Shown piece by piece: positions 17,249 to 26,113 of a stretch of 64,000 bases of DNA. The DNA comes from Candidatus Goldiibacteriota bacterium HGW-Goldbacteria-1 (GTDB lineage: Bacteria > Oederibacteriota > PGYV01). Both the position numbers and the translations under genes were made by a program. The stretch covers positions 203,125 to 267,124 of the forward strand of contig PGYV01000002.1 in the NCBI GenBank assembly GCA_002839855.1. The letters are read 5' to 3'. Below the pieces are notes generated by a model, which saw nothing but the letters and a program-made list of their open reading frames with translations, was not told the origin of the DNA and ran no database searches. Each line of letters starts with the position of its first letter. The stretch's first letter is position 1.

Positions 17249-19660
17249 ATGAGTAACGAAGATTTATTCTGGGAGTTTTATCGTGCGTCTGGAGAAAATG
17301 AAATTCATAATATTCTTGAAAAACACGATTTAATGAATAACAATTCTTTTTGGTTTCCATATGGGGGTAAGACGATTGATGATAGAAATAATTTTGGTAC
17401 GTTTGAAAGTCAGCAAGCAAATCCGATACCCGCTTTAATAGAAAAAATTACAAATTCTATTGACTCGCTATTGATGTTAAAATGCATAGAAAATGGTGTT
17501 GATCCGAAAAGTAAACTAGCTCCTAAGACAATGGAAGAGGCGATAGAAAAATATTTTAACATAAAAGATGGCGATTTTAGTGAGATAGGTAGAAATGTTA
17601 GGCGAAATATAGCTGAAGAAATACAAGTGATAGCTACTGGTGACAAACAAAGTCCTGACATTACTGTATATGATTGCGGCGAAGGTCAGTTACCAGAGAA
17701 GTTTAAAGATACATTTGTTTCGTTGTTGAAAGGAAATAAGAATGATGTACCATTTGTTCAAGGTAAATATAATATGGGTTCAACTGGAGCGGTAATTTTC
17801 TGTGGTAATAAGAAATATCAATTGATTGGGTCGAAATTAAATAAAACTATTGGTAGTTCTGAAAGTCCATTTGGATTTACATTAGTGCGTAGGCATCCAT
17901 TAACGGAAGAAGAAGAAAGCAAATATAAAAGTAGTTGGTATGAATATTTGGTTATTGAAAATGAAATACCAAGCTTTAATTGTGGCGAACTTGATTTAGG
18001 TCTGTATAATAGAAAATTCGAGTGTGGTTCAATTATTAAAATGTTTTCATATGGATTGCCAAGAGGGGCTCGTTCATCTGTGGTATGGGATTTGTGGAGA
18101 GAATTGAATCAGTTTCTATATCATCCAGCACTGCCGTTTCTTGTTTATGAAAAAAGAGGATATGATAATAAAACTCCGTCAAAACTAGTTCTTGGTAATA
18201 AGATCCGGTTAATTCTTGATGAAAGAGACAAAAAAGAAAAAACGATAACTACAAAAATCATTGATGAAAGATTTGGTGAAATTCCAATAGAAGTTCATGT
18301 GTTTAAAAATGATGTGAATCAAACTGAGTTTATCAACGGCAAAGCATTGATTTTTACTGTAAATGGACAGGTTCAGGGTTATGAAAAAAGAAACTTTATT
18401 TCAAGTGAGTTAAATTTCCCTATGTTGAAAGATCATATGCTTGTTAGGGTTGATTGTACAAATATAAGGACTTCTATACGAACGGATTTATTTAAGTCTT
18501 CTAGAGATAGATTGAATGAAAGTGTTTTAACGGAAGAATTTCTTGATAAAATTATAAATGTTTTAAAAGGCAATGAAGAATTAAGGAAAATTAACCAGGA
18601 AAGAAAGAATTCTATTTTACGACAAAATGCAGATGATAAGAAGTTATTTGAAGATATTATAACAAGAATGCCTCTGCAAAATGATTTTATTAAAATGTTT
18701 ACACAGTCAAATGATTTTAATTTTGATCTTAAAAATATAAATAAGAAACATGATAGGACTGATTCGTCTGATGGAAGTGAGAAAACTAAAAAGCCGATTG
18801 AGTCGAAAAGATTTCCTTCGATTTTCAAAGTTCAATTAAAAGATAATAACAATAAAGATAAAATTAAGACAATACCCATAAACGGAAAAGGTGTTATCAA
18901 TTTTGAAACCGATGTTGAAGATGAGTATTTGTTTAGGCCTAAAGATAAAGGCGAACTAAGAATTGGAATATTAAATTATAAAAGCAATAATGCCGACGGT
19001 GGAACGGAAGCAAAGCCAACCAAGATTGAAGAACTATTGGATGTCACTCTTAGCGGACCAACGGATAATGCAATTAAAGCGACTTTTGAACCTAAGGCGA
19101 AATTAAATGTTGGTGATGAAATTCAAATAAGCACTACGCTAACATCTCCTTCGGGGGATTTGGAATGTATTTTCTACATTAAAATTATAGATCCTCAGAA
19201 TTTGCAAGATAATAATTCAAAGAATAAAGACAAAGAAAGTCTTAACCTACCTTTGCCAATAAAAGTATTTGAAAACAAAGACAAAGACGATGATAGGACG
19301 TGGAGTGATTATGGTTGGGATGGCAATGATATTGTAAAGATAATAACTGATAATGAAAATAAAGAAAAAAAATTGATTGAGGGTATAGCGATAAATATGG
19401 ACAGTTTTGTAATCAAAAGATATATTTCTAAAAATAAAGTTATTACTTCAAGTGATCTGGTATTAACAAAGAATAGATACTTCCTTTCTGTTTATTGGCA
19501 TAGTATTTTTCTGTTTAAATTTCTTGAGAATATTTTTAAAGCCGAAGAATATCAAGAATTACCAGAAGATGTTGAGGAGATAGTAGCGCAATTGATGCAG
19601 TTTTATTCAGAATTTTTATTATCTTTTGGTATGTTAGGAGAGAGTTTAAATCAGGATTAA
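17249..19660 (+). CDS. Large (about 800 aa) GHKL/Bergerat-fold ATPase-domain protein with a K/N/D-rich C-terminal region. Candidate defence protein A
   Basis: N-box 'ALIEKITNSIDSL' (E-x3-N-x2-D). G1 box 'ITVYDCGEGQ' (D-x-G-x-G). G2-like 'QGKYNMGSTGAV'. Start chosen after 'GGAGGCGGAGTAT'; the alternative start is 17234. No signal peptide. The gene is AT-rich. Confidence 0.55.
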   Translation: MSNEDLFWEFYRASGENEIHNILEKHDLMNNNSFWFPYGGKTIDDRNNFGTFESQQANPIPALIEKITNSIDSLLMLKCIENGVDPKSKLAPKTMEEAIEKYFNIKDGDFSEIGRNVRRNIAEEIQVIATGDKQSPDITVYDCGEGQLPEKFKDTFVSLLKGNKNDVPFVQGKYNMGSTGAVIFCGNKKYQLIGSKLNKTIGSSESPFGFTLVRRHPLTEEEESKYKSSWYEYLVIENEIPSFNCGELDLGLYNRKFECGSIIKMFSYGLPRGARSSVVWDLWRELNQFLYHPALPFLVYEKRGYDNKTPSKLVLGNKIRLILDERDKKEKTITTKIIDERFGEIPIEVHVFKNDVNQTEFINGKALIFTVNGQVQGYEKRNFISSELNFPMLKDHMLVRVDCTNIRTSIRTDLFKSSRDRLNESVLTEEFLDKIINVLKGNEELRKINQERKNSILRQNADDKKLFEDIITRMPLQNDFIKMFTQSNDFNFDLKNINKKHDRTDSSDGSEKTKKPIESKRFPSIFKVQLKDNNNKDKIKTIPINGKGVINFETDVEDEYLFRPKDKGELRIGILNYKSNNADGGTEAKPTKIEELLDVTLSGPTDNAIKATFEPKAKLNVGDEIQISTTLTSPSGDLECIFYIKIIDPQNLQDNNSKNKDKESLNLPLPIKVFENKDKDDDRTWSDYGWDGNDIVKIITDNENKEKKLIEGIAINMDSFVIKRYISKNKVITSSDLVLTKNRYFLSVYWHSIFLFKFLENIFKAEEYQELPEDVEEIVAQLMQFYSEFLLSFGMLGESLNQD

Positions 19661-19696
19661 TTAATATGGAATCTAAATAAGGAACAGAAAGATAAA

Positions 19697-19726
19697 TTGA
19701 CAGTAGAAATGCACAAAGCTTATAAT
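19697..19726 (+). promoter_or_regulatory. Consensus sigma70 promoter TTGACA-N18-TATAAT upstream of the DGQHR/GIY-YIG gene
   Basis: 'ttgacagtagaaatgcacaaagcttataat' sits in the 237-bp A-B intergenic gap. Confidence 0.55.
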
Positions 19727-19897
19727 TACATTAATGTTTTAGGGAGTAATTATATAGCAATATGACATTCGAAATAACATTAAGAAAGAGTTCTAAAACT
19801 TATTTTTCAAAACGAATAGATCCAAAAGAAAAAATTCTTATTTATCAGATAGAATGTGATTTTATTCGAAAGTATAAAATTTGGAGGTTTATTAAAT

Positions 19898-21415
19898 ATG
19901 GAAAAATTTCATTATCCCGCAATAAGATTAAAACAATTTAATACCGAATTATACCTAACAAGTCTTTCTGCTGAAAGTGTAGCATATTTAGTTAATCAAA
20001 AATCATTAATCGTCGACAAATATCAAAGAGGCGAAGAAGATTCTTATCAAAGGAACGAAGATCATAGTAAGATTAGAGAACTTGCTGACTTTTTAAGATT
20101 ATATAAGAATGATGATATTGTAAAGCCGATTTTGCCAGCATCAATCATCATTAATGTCCCCGACAGTTCTAACCTAACTTTTGATGAAAAAAACGGCCAA
20201 ATTATTCTTGATAAAAAAGCAAAATTGAATATCGTAGATGGGCAGCATCGAGTCAAGGCTGTTTGTAAAGCTTATAGCGATGGAATCGCAGATGATTTCG
20301 AAGTACCAGTTACATTTATCAAAGGGTTAAAACGCATTCATGAAGCGGCTCAGTTTTTAATTATCAACGTTAAACAAAAACAAGTTAGAACCGATTTAAC
20401 CATGACCATATTGCATGAAATGAATGTACAAACGAACCAACTTGCAACGAAATTGAGAAAAATACTTAAAGTAGATGGATGGCAGATTGAAGCGACCGCC
20501 ATCGCTATTGATGTAAATACCAGGCAAAGAAGTCCATGGTTTAATTTAATAATGAGGCCCAATGAATCAAAACAATCATTGAAAGAACTAGGGGTAAAAT
20601 GGGTACCTATCAAACAGGCTTCATTTGTCGATTCACTCAGAAGATTTTGCGCTACAAATACTTCTAAAACGCTCGAGGAAAAGATCGCATTTTTAATTAA
20701 AACATGGAATTATCTTAAAAAAGAATACGCCCCTTCATTTGATTGCGAGACTGGGAATAATTATATGTTAACCAAAGGAACCGCGATAGGGCCAATACAT
20801 ATTTTTATGAGTTTGATGTATTCCATGGAAACCTGTGGTTTGTATGAAAATATCGAAGAAGTAATGACAACGTTTGTAAAAAAATATCCGTTAGAATTCT
20901 GGGAAAAGGGAAGCAAACACGCAGGATCATGGGGCACTTCGCAAAAAGAATATTATACACACGCAAAAGAAATTTCTGAAGTAATGTTTCCGGAATTGTA
21001 TTCTTTTTGGAACTCGGATTTATTAGAACATTATAGAAAAAAAGATTTAGTTGATGATGAAGTTCTTAATAGTATTGAGCATCTAATGGATCCTTTTTCG
21101 CTGAAACCATATACGGAAATAGAAGAATACATTAAAAACGATGTATCTGGTATATATTTATTAATAAATAAAAAACGAAATAAACTGAATATGTATGTTG
21201 GGCAAGCCGAAAGCATAAAGGACAGAGTTGCTGGTCATAATAGAGATTTCCTTGCTTTTAATTTCATCACTGTTAACGGCGAAGATCTAGACACGAGCGA
21301 AGCGCTCGTATATCATTTGATTAACAAAGAGTTTAGAACAAATACAATACATCCTCCTACTAAAAAATGTGAATTTTGCGAACACGATAAAAAACATAAG
21401 TCTAAGAAGAAATAA
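19898..21415 (+). CDS. DndB-like DGQHR-domain (ParB/Srx-fold) protein fused to a C-terminal GIY-YIG nuclease domain. Candidate defence protein B
   Basis: N-terminal 'YPAIRLKQFNTELYLTSLSAESVAYL' and 'KLNIVDGQHRVKAV' (DGQHR motif). C-terminal 'SGIYLLINKKRNKLNMYVGQAESIKDRVAGHNRD' (GIY...YVG...R...H, a GIY-YIG core). Terminal Cys/His cluster 'CEFCEHDKKH'. Start chosen at the ATG after a GGAGG RBS; the ORF-track start is 19856. Confidence 0.6.
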   Translation: MEKFHYPAIRLKQFNTELYLTSLSAESVAYLVNQKSLIVDKYQRGEEDSYQRNEDHSKIRELADFLRLYKNDDIVKPILPASIIINVPDSSNLTFDEKNGQIILDKKAKLNIVDGQHRVKAVCKAYSDGIADDFEVPVTFIKGLKRIHEAAQFLIINVKQKQVRTDLTMTILHEMNVQTNQLATKLRKILKVDGWQIEATAIAIDVNTRQRSPWFNLIMRPNESKQSLKELGVKWVPIKQASFVDSLRRFCATNTSKTLEEKIAFLIKTWNYLKKEYAPSFDCETGNNYMLTKGTAIGPIHIFMSLMYSMETCGLYENIEEVMTTFVKKYPLEFWEKGSKHAGSWGTSQKEYYTHAKEISEVMFPELYSFWNSDLLEHYRKKDLVDDEVLNSIEHLMDPFSLKPYTEIEEYIKNDVSGIYLLINKKRNKLNMYVGQAESIKDRVAGHNRDFLAFNFITVNGEDLDTSEALVYHLINKEFRTNTIHPPTKKCEFCEHDKKHKSKKK

Positions 21416-21562
21416 TTTTCAATCATTAAATTGATCGGATACTATTAACGAAATTACCAGTTAAAGTAATATCTGTGCCGGACATTAAAAAAGAAAGTAA
21501 ATTTATTGTTTGATTTTTCTTACGGAATGCAATCTGGGGCTTTGCGGGGAAGGGTTGGGTTA

Positions 21563-21760
21563 AAAAAGCGTTTTAAGCTATAAACAGTTAAGCAAAAGCA
21601 ATTTGACCTTTTGACCGGGTGGATAGTTAAAAATAATCTACTACCGCGGGCTGAAGACCCGCGTCTACCAGATCCAAACCAATCCTACAAGCAATCGAGA
21701 TGCCTTGCCCTTGCTTCCGTTCCTCTGTGCATCTGTCCCTCCGTCCCTCCGGTCTTACGG
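21563..21760. repeat. Composite intergenic repeat, copy 3. Contains an atpG-3'-end-like segment, the 'aagctataaacagttaagc' module, an inverted REP hairpin and the GTCCCTC module
   Basis: 21541-21602 resembles 10490-10557, including the last codons of atpG. CCGCGGGCTGAAGACCCGCG at 21641-21669 is the reverse complement of the 10639 hairpin. 21711-21760 resembles 3781-3830. Confidence 0.7.
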
Positions 21761-21872
21761 CTTTCATAAAAATCCCTTTACAAAATCAATTTTTTCTGTA
21801 AAATACTCCGAAAGTGTTTTTCTGCGCTAAAACTGTGTTTTATAAACACTATACTTCTTGAAGGAGGAACAG

Positions 21873-24167
21873 ATGGAAAACATCGCACTAAGCCCGTTGA
21901 CAGGTTCAGAACTCAACATGATCTGGATCATCTGGGGCATCGCTCTTGTGGCAATTGTGTACGGATTTATCCTGATGAAAGAAATCAATGCAAAAGATTC
22001 AGGAACAGCCAAAATGATCGAAATTAATAACGCGATCATGGAAGGCGCAAACGCTTATCTTGCAAGGCAGTTTAAGACAGTTGCATTACTTGTTGTAGTT
22101 CTGGCAGTGGTTCTTTATTTCACAGGTACTGCGGCAGACCCGGCAGTAAACCTTGGAAGGGCAATTGCTTTTGTACTTGGTGCAACAGCATCGGCTCTTA
22201 CAGGATTCATGGGAATGAGAATGGCAGTTAAAGGAAACGTAAGGGTTGCAGCGGCATCTTTAAAAGGCAAAGTGGAAGCGCTTACAATCGCGTTCAGGAC
22301 AGGCGCTATTGCAGGTATGTTCACAATCGGACTTGGCCTTCTTGGCGCGACAACAATATTCCTTATCTATAAAGAAAACCTTTCCGAAGTCCTTGTAGGA
22401 TTCGGATTCGGCGGATGCTTGCTTGCCATGTTCATGAGGGTAGGCGGCGGAATATACACAAAGGCAGCTGACGTTGGTGCTGACCTTGTTGGTAAAGTAG
22501 AAAAGAACATACCTGAAGACGATCCCAGGAACGCGGCTACAATCGCGGATAACGTTGGCGACAACGTAGGCGATTGCGCGGGTATGGCAGCAGACATATT
22601 TGAATCATACGAAGTAACACTTGTTGCTTCCATGGTTCTTGGCGCCACAGTATTCGGAAACATGGGTGTTATTTTCCCGCTTCTTCTCCGCGCTGTCGGT
22701 GTTATCACTTCAATCATCGGAACATATTTTGTAAGGGCAAAAAATGACAACGAACCGGCTATGAGGCCTATCAACAGGGGCTTTATAGTTTCTTCAGTAC
22801 TTTCAATAATCGGTTTTGCGATACTTACAGTAATGTATGTACAGGGAAGCATCTTCAACATCATGTCCACGGACGCAAAGTGGGCAAATGTTCTTGCGGC
22901 AAACCCGGACGCCAATGTTATTCTGGCGTGGAAGCTTTTTGGAATCACCACAATCGGTATCTTCCTGTCATTCGCTATTTCCGCAATGACGGAATACTTT
23001 ACATCAACAGAAACCAAACCTGTTCAGGAAATCGCGAAAGCGACCCTTACAGGCCCTGCAACAACAATCCTTTCCGGAACTGCTGAAGGAATGGAAAGCA
23101 GCGTATGGGCAATTCTTTCCATCGCTGTGGCAATTGCTTCTTCAATACTTGTATTCGCCATCAACCCGATAGGCGAAGGAATTCTTATTGTTGAACAGAC
23201 ACTTTACGGTGTATCGCTTCTTGGACTTGGTATGTTGACAATAACGGGTATCATTGTTGCTGAAGACACATACGGCCCTATTTCTGACAACGCTCAGGGC
23301 GTTGGCGAAATGGCAAAGCTTCCTGAAAAGGCACGTAAGGTTCTTGACGAACTTGACGCTGTTGGTAACTCCACAAAGGCTATCACAAAAGGTTTTGCAA
23401 TCGCGACTGCTGTTATCGCGGCTGTTTCACTTTTTGGTTCTTACAAAGAAATCACCGGAATGCATTACATCGACATAAGCAGCCCTATGGTTCTTATCGG
23501 ATTGCTTGTCGGCGGCGCGGTACCGTTCCTGTTCAGCTCGCTTTTAATCAGGGCTGTTGGAAGGGCGGCGTTCCTTGTTGTTAATGAAGTTCGCAGGCAG
23601 TTTAGGGAAATAAAGGGCATTATGTCAGGAAAAGCAAAACCGGAATACGGCAAAGTTGTTGACATCTGTACAACAGCGGCTTTAAAAGAACTTGTCGGAC
23701 CGGGGCTTATCGCTCTTCTTATGCCTGTTATAGTTGGTTTCTTATTTAAGGCTGAAGGACTTGGCGGATATCTGGCCGGCGTTATCGTTGTGGGTCAGCT
23801 TCTTGCCGTGTACCTGTCCAATTCGGGCGGCGCATGGGACAATGCCAAGAAATTCATTGAACAGGGCAATTACGGCGGCAAAGGTTCCGATGCTCACAGA
23901 GCAGCGGTTATCGGCGACACAGTAGGAGACCCGTTCAAAGACACAGCAGGACCGGCGTTAAACCCGCTTATCAAGGTTATGAACCTTGTGGCTATTCTTA
24001 TAGCGCCTCTTATCATCAAGAATCCGGGATACGGCCCGCAGGTTATAATAGTTGTTGTAATCTGCCTTGCAATCATCGGCACAGCCTTGTTCTTTTCCAA
24101 AAGGTCTGATGACAGCGGAATAGCTGATGAAGTTGCAAAAACAGTAAGCAAAGGCAAAAAGAAATAA
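21873..24167 (+). CDS. hppA: Membrane-bound proton-translocating pyrophosphatase (K+-independent type by motif)
   Basis: '[13 protein letters not shown]', '[22 protein letters not shown]' and '[10 protein letters not shown]' (Lys/Thr variant). An RBS AAGGAGG lies 5 nt before the ATG. Confidence 0.9.
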   Translation: MENIALSPLTGSELNMIWIIWGIALVAIVYGFILMKEINAKDSGTAKMIEINNAIMEGANAYLARQFKTVALLVVVLAVVLYFTGTAADPAVNLGRAIAFVLGATASALTGFMGMRMAVKGNVRVAAASLKGKVEALTIAFRTGAIAGMFTIGLGLLGATTIFLIYKENLSEVLVGFGFGGCLLAMFMRVGGGIYTKAADVGADLVGKVEKNIPEDDPRNAATIADNVGDNVGDCAGMAADIFESYEVTLVASMVLGATVFGNMGVIFPLLLRAVGVITSIIGTYFVRAKNDNEPAMRPINRGFIVSSVLSIIGFAILTVMYVQGSIFNIMSTDAKWANVLAANPDANVILAWKLFGITTIGIFLSFAISAMTEYFTSTETKPVQEIAKATLTGPATTILSGTAEGMESSVWAILSIAVAIASSILVFAINPIGEGILIVEQTLYGVSLLGLGMLTITGIIVAEDTYGPISDNAQGVGEMAKLPEKARKVLDELDAVGNSTKAITKGFAIATAVIAAVSLFGSYKEITGMHYIDISSPMVLIGLLVGGAVPFLFSSLLIRAVGRAAFLVVNEVRRQFREIKGIMSGKAKPEYGKVVDICTTAALKELVGPGLIALLMPVIVGFLFKAEGLGGYLAGVIVVGQLLAVYLSNSGGAWDNAKKFIEQGNYGGKGSDAHRAAVIGDTVGDPFKDTAGPALNPLIKVMNLVAILIAPLIIKNPGYGPQVIIVVVICLAIIGTALFFSKRSDDSGIADEVAKTVSKGKKK

Positions 24168-24195
24168 ACGGGATTTTTTCCGTAAGTAATAGAAA

Positions 24196-24224
24196 AAGGG
24201 CCGGTGCAAACCGGCCCTTTTTCA
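24196..24224 (+). terminator. Rho-independent terminator
   Basis: GGGCCGG-tgcaaa-CCGGCCC followed by TTTTT. Confidence 0.8.
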
Positions 24225-24285
24225 TTAACACGCATTTATCTGTAAGCACGCCTGTTTTTTCGGCAGATTAACCGGAGGTATTATA

Positions 24286-25386
24286 ATGGAAGTAGGAATA
24301 GTAGGGCTGCCAAATGTGGGCAAATCCACGACATTTAATGTATTAACAAAGACCAAAGGTGCCCAGGTTGCCAATTATGAATTCTGCACAATTGAACCCA
24401 ATGTGGGAATTGTGGCGGTGCCGGACAAACGCCTTGATTTTTTATTTAACCTTTACAATGACGGGAAAACCAAACTGGTTCCCGCTTCATTTAAATTTGT
24501 AGATATCGCCGGCCTTGTAAAAGGCGCAAGCAAAGGCGAAGGGCTGGGCAACAAATTCCTTGGCAATATCAGGGAAGTGGACGCTATAGCGCACGTGGTA
24601 AGGGTCTTTACCGACCAGAACGTGGTGCGCACCACAGGCAAGCTTGACCCCATAGGCGACATAGAAACCATAGAAACAGAACTTATGCTTGCCGACCTTG
24701 AAAGCGTTACAAAAGGCTTTCAGAAAAATGAAAGGGCTGCAAAATCCGGCAATGATAAAGAAGCGTTAAAAAAATACGAAGCGCTTAAAAAGGTAAAAGA
24801 CACCCTTGAAAAAGGCATGCCCGCGTCCTCAATTGGACTGACACCCGAAGAAAAACTTCAGGTTAAAGAACTGGGTTTAATGACGCTAAAACCAATGCTG
24901 TATGTTTTAAACACGGACGAGGATAAAATAGAAAACTTTGAAAAAAACTTTCCGGAATTAACCGATTACATAAAAAAGAGAAAAGCCGAATACGCCGTTA
25001 TTTCCGCCAGGATAGAATCTGAAATGATGGAATTAGGCGAAGAAGAACGCGCTGACTACTTAAAAGAGCTTGGATTTGAATACAAAGGCTTTGACGAATT
25101 TATTACGCACGCTTACAATCTGCTGGATTTAATAACATTTTTCACATCCGGCGCGGATGAATGCCGCGCATGGCCCATTCTGCGCAATTCCAGGGCGGAA
25201 GAAGCCGCGGGCAAGATACACTCTGACATTCAAAGGGGTTTCATACGCGCGGAAGTGATGAAGTTTGAAGAGTTTAAAGATGTCAAAGATGATTTAAAGA
25301 TGAAAGAAAAGGGCCTTGTAAGAAGCGAAGGCAGGGATTACATAATGCAGGACGGGGATATAGTTTATTTTAAGTTTAATGTTTAG
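24286..25386 (+). CDS. ychF: Ribosome-binding ATPase YchF (Obg family)
   Basis: '[15 protein letters not shown]' G1 motif and a TGS-like C-terminus '[21 protein letters not shown]'. Confidence 0.9.
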   Translation: MEVGIVGLPNVGKSTTFNVLTKTKGAQVANYEFCTIEPNVGIVAVPDKRLDFLFNLYNDGKTKLVPASFKFVDIAGLVKGASKGEGLGNKFLGNIREVDAIAHVVRVFTDQNVVRTTGKLDPIGDIETIETELMLADLESVTKGFQKNERAAKSGNDKEALKKYEALKKVKDTLEKGMPASSIGLTPEEKLQVKELGLMTLKPMLYVLNTDEDKIENFEKNFPELTDYIKKRKAEYAVISARIESEMMELGEEERADYLKELGFEYKGFDEFITHAYNLLDLITFFTSGADECRAWPILRNSRAEEAAGKIHSDIQRGFIRAEVMKFEEFKDVKDDLKMKEKGLVRSEGRDYIMQDGDIVYFKFNV

Positions 25387-25397
25387 ATTATGCGGCC

Positions 25398-25976
25398 TTG
25401 ATTATTGCGGGAGGGCAGATGAATTTTGCGGTAAAAGCCATAATCCCGGCGGTTTTAGCGGCGTTTCTTCTTAACGGATGCGCCGGCATTCCGGCCGGAG
25501 TTTATGAAACAAGCAGGTATAAAAAGGGAAAAAGTTTTTATAAAACAGCCGTTATTCTTGTGACAAAAGCGGATGACAGTTATTATGTGCCTTCCGGGGG
25601 CGAAATAAACGGCATTAAATGGCTTATTAAAGACGGCCTTATAGAGCAGAAAGTTTTTCCGGTTGTTTTAGAATACAAAAAAGGCATAAAAGACGCTGAC
25701 CTGCTTATCCACGTTTCAATTCAGGAAATTAAATCACAGGGATTAAATCTTTACTATGAGTTTGTAAGAGTCGGAAATGTAAAAGACGTAAACGCCAAGA
25801 TGAAAGTGGAATTCATAGATGTAAAAACAAGGATGCCTGTGTCTGAAATAACAGTGGATAAAGGCATGCCTTCGGGCGAAAAATATCATTCTGATGCCAT
25901 TAAAGGGCTGTTATCTGACGCGGCAAATGATATTATCAGCTACATAAAAAACTATATACAGGAATCCGGTGTTTAA
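25398..25976 (+). CDS. Hypothetical lipoprotein
   Basis: Signal/lipobox 'LLNGCAG'. Confidence 0.4.
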   Translation: MIIAGGQMNFAVKAIIPAVLAAFLLNGCAGIPAGVYETSRYKKGKSFYKTAVILVTKADDSYYVPSGGEINGIKWLIKDGLIEQKVFPVVLEYKKGIKDADLLIHVSIQEIKSQGLNLYYEFVRVGNVKDVNAKMKVEFIDVKTRMPVSEITVDKGMPSGEKYHSDAIKGLLSDAANDIISYIKNYIQESGV

Positions 25977-26113
25977 TTTCACACAAGCGCCCGTAATTCT
26001 GCGATTAAGGCTGTAAAACTTTTCTGAAATTTTTCCTTGAAATCATTTTCAATCCGAATATAATAATAAAAACGGGAATTAAAGGGGAGATGCCAGCAAT
26101 TATAGGAGGGTTT

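Noticed and set aside
22367-23017. 216-aa minus-strand ORF inside hppA
   Set aside because: Antisense to a highly conserved pyrophosphatase gene. Compositional artefact.
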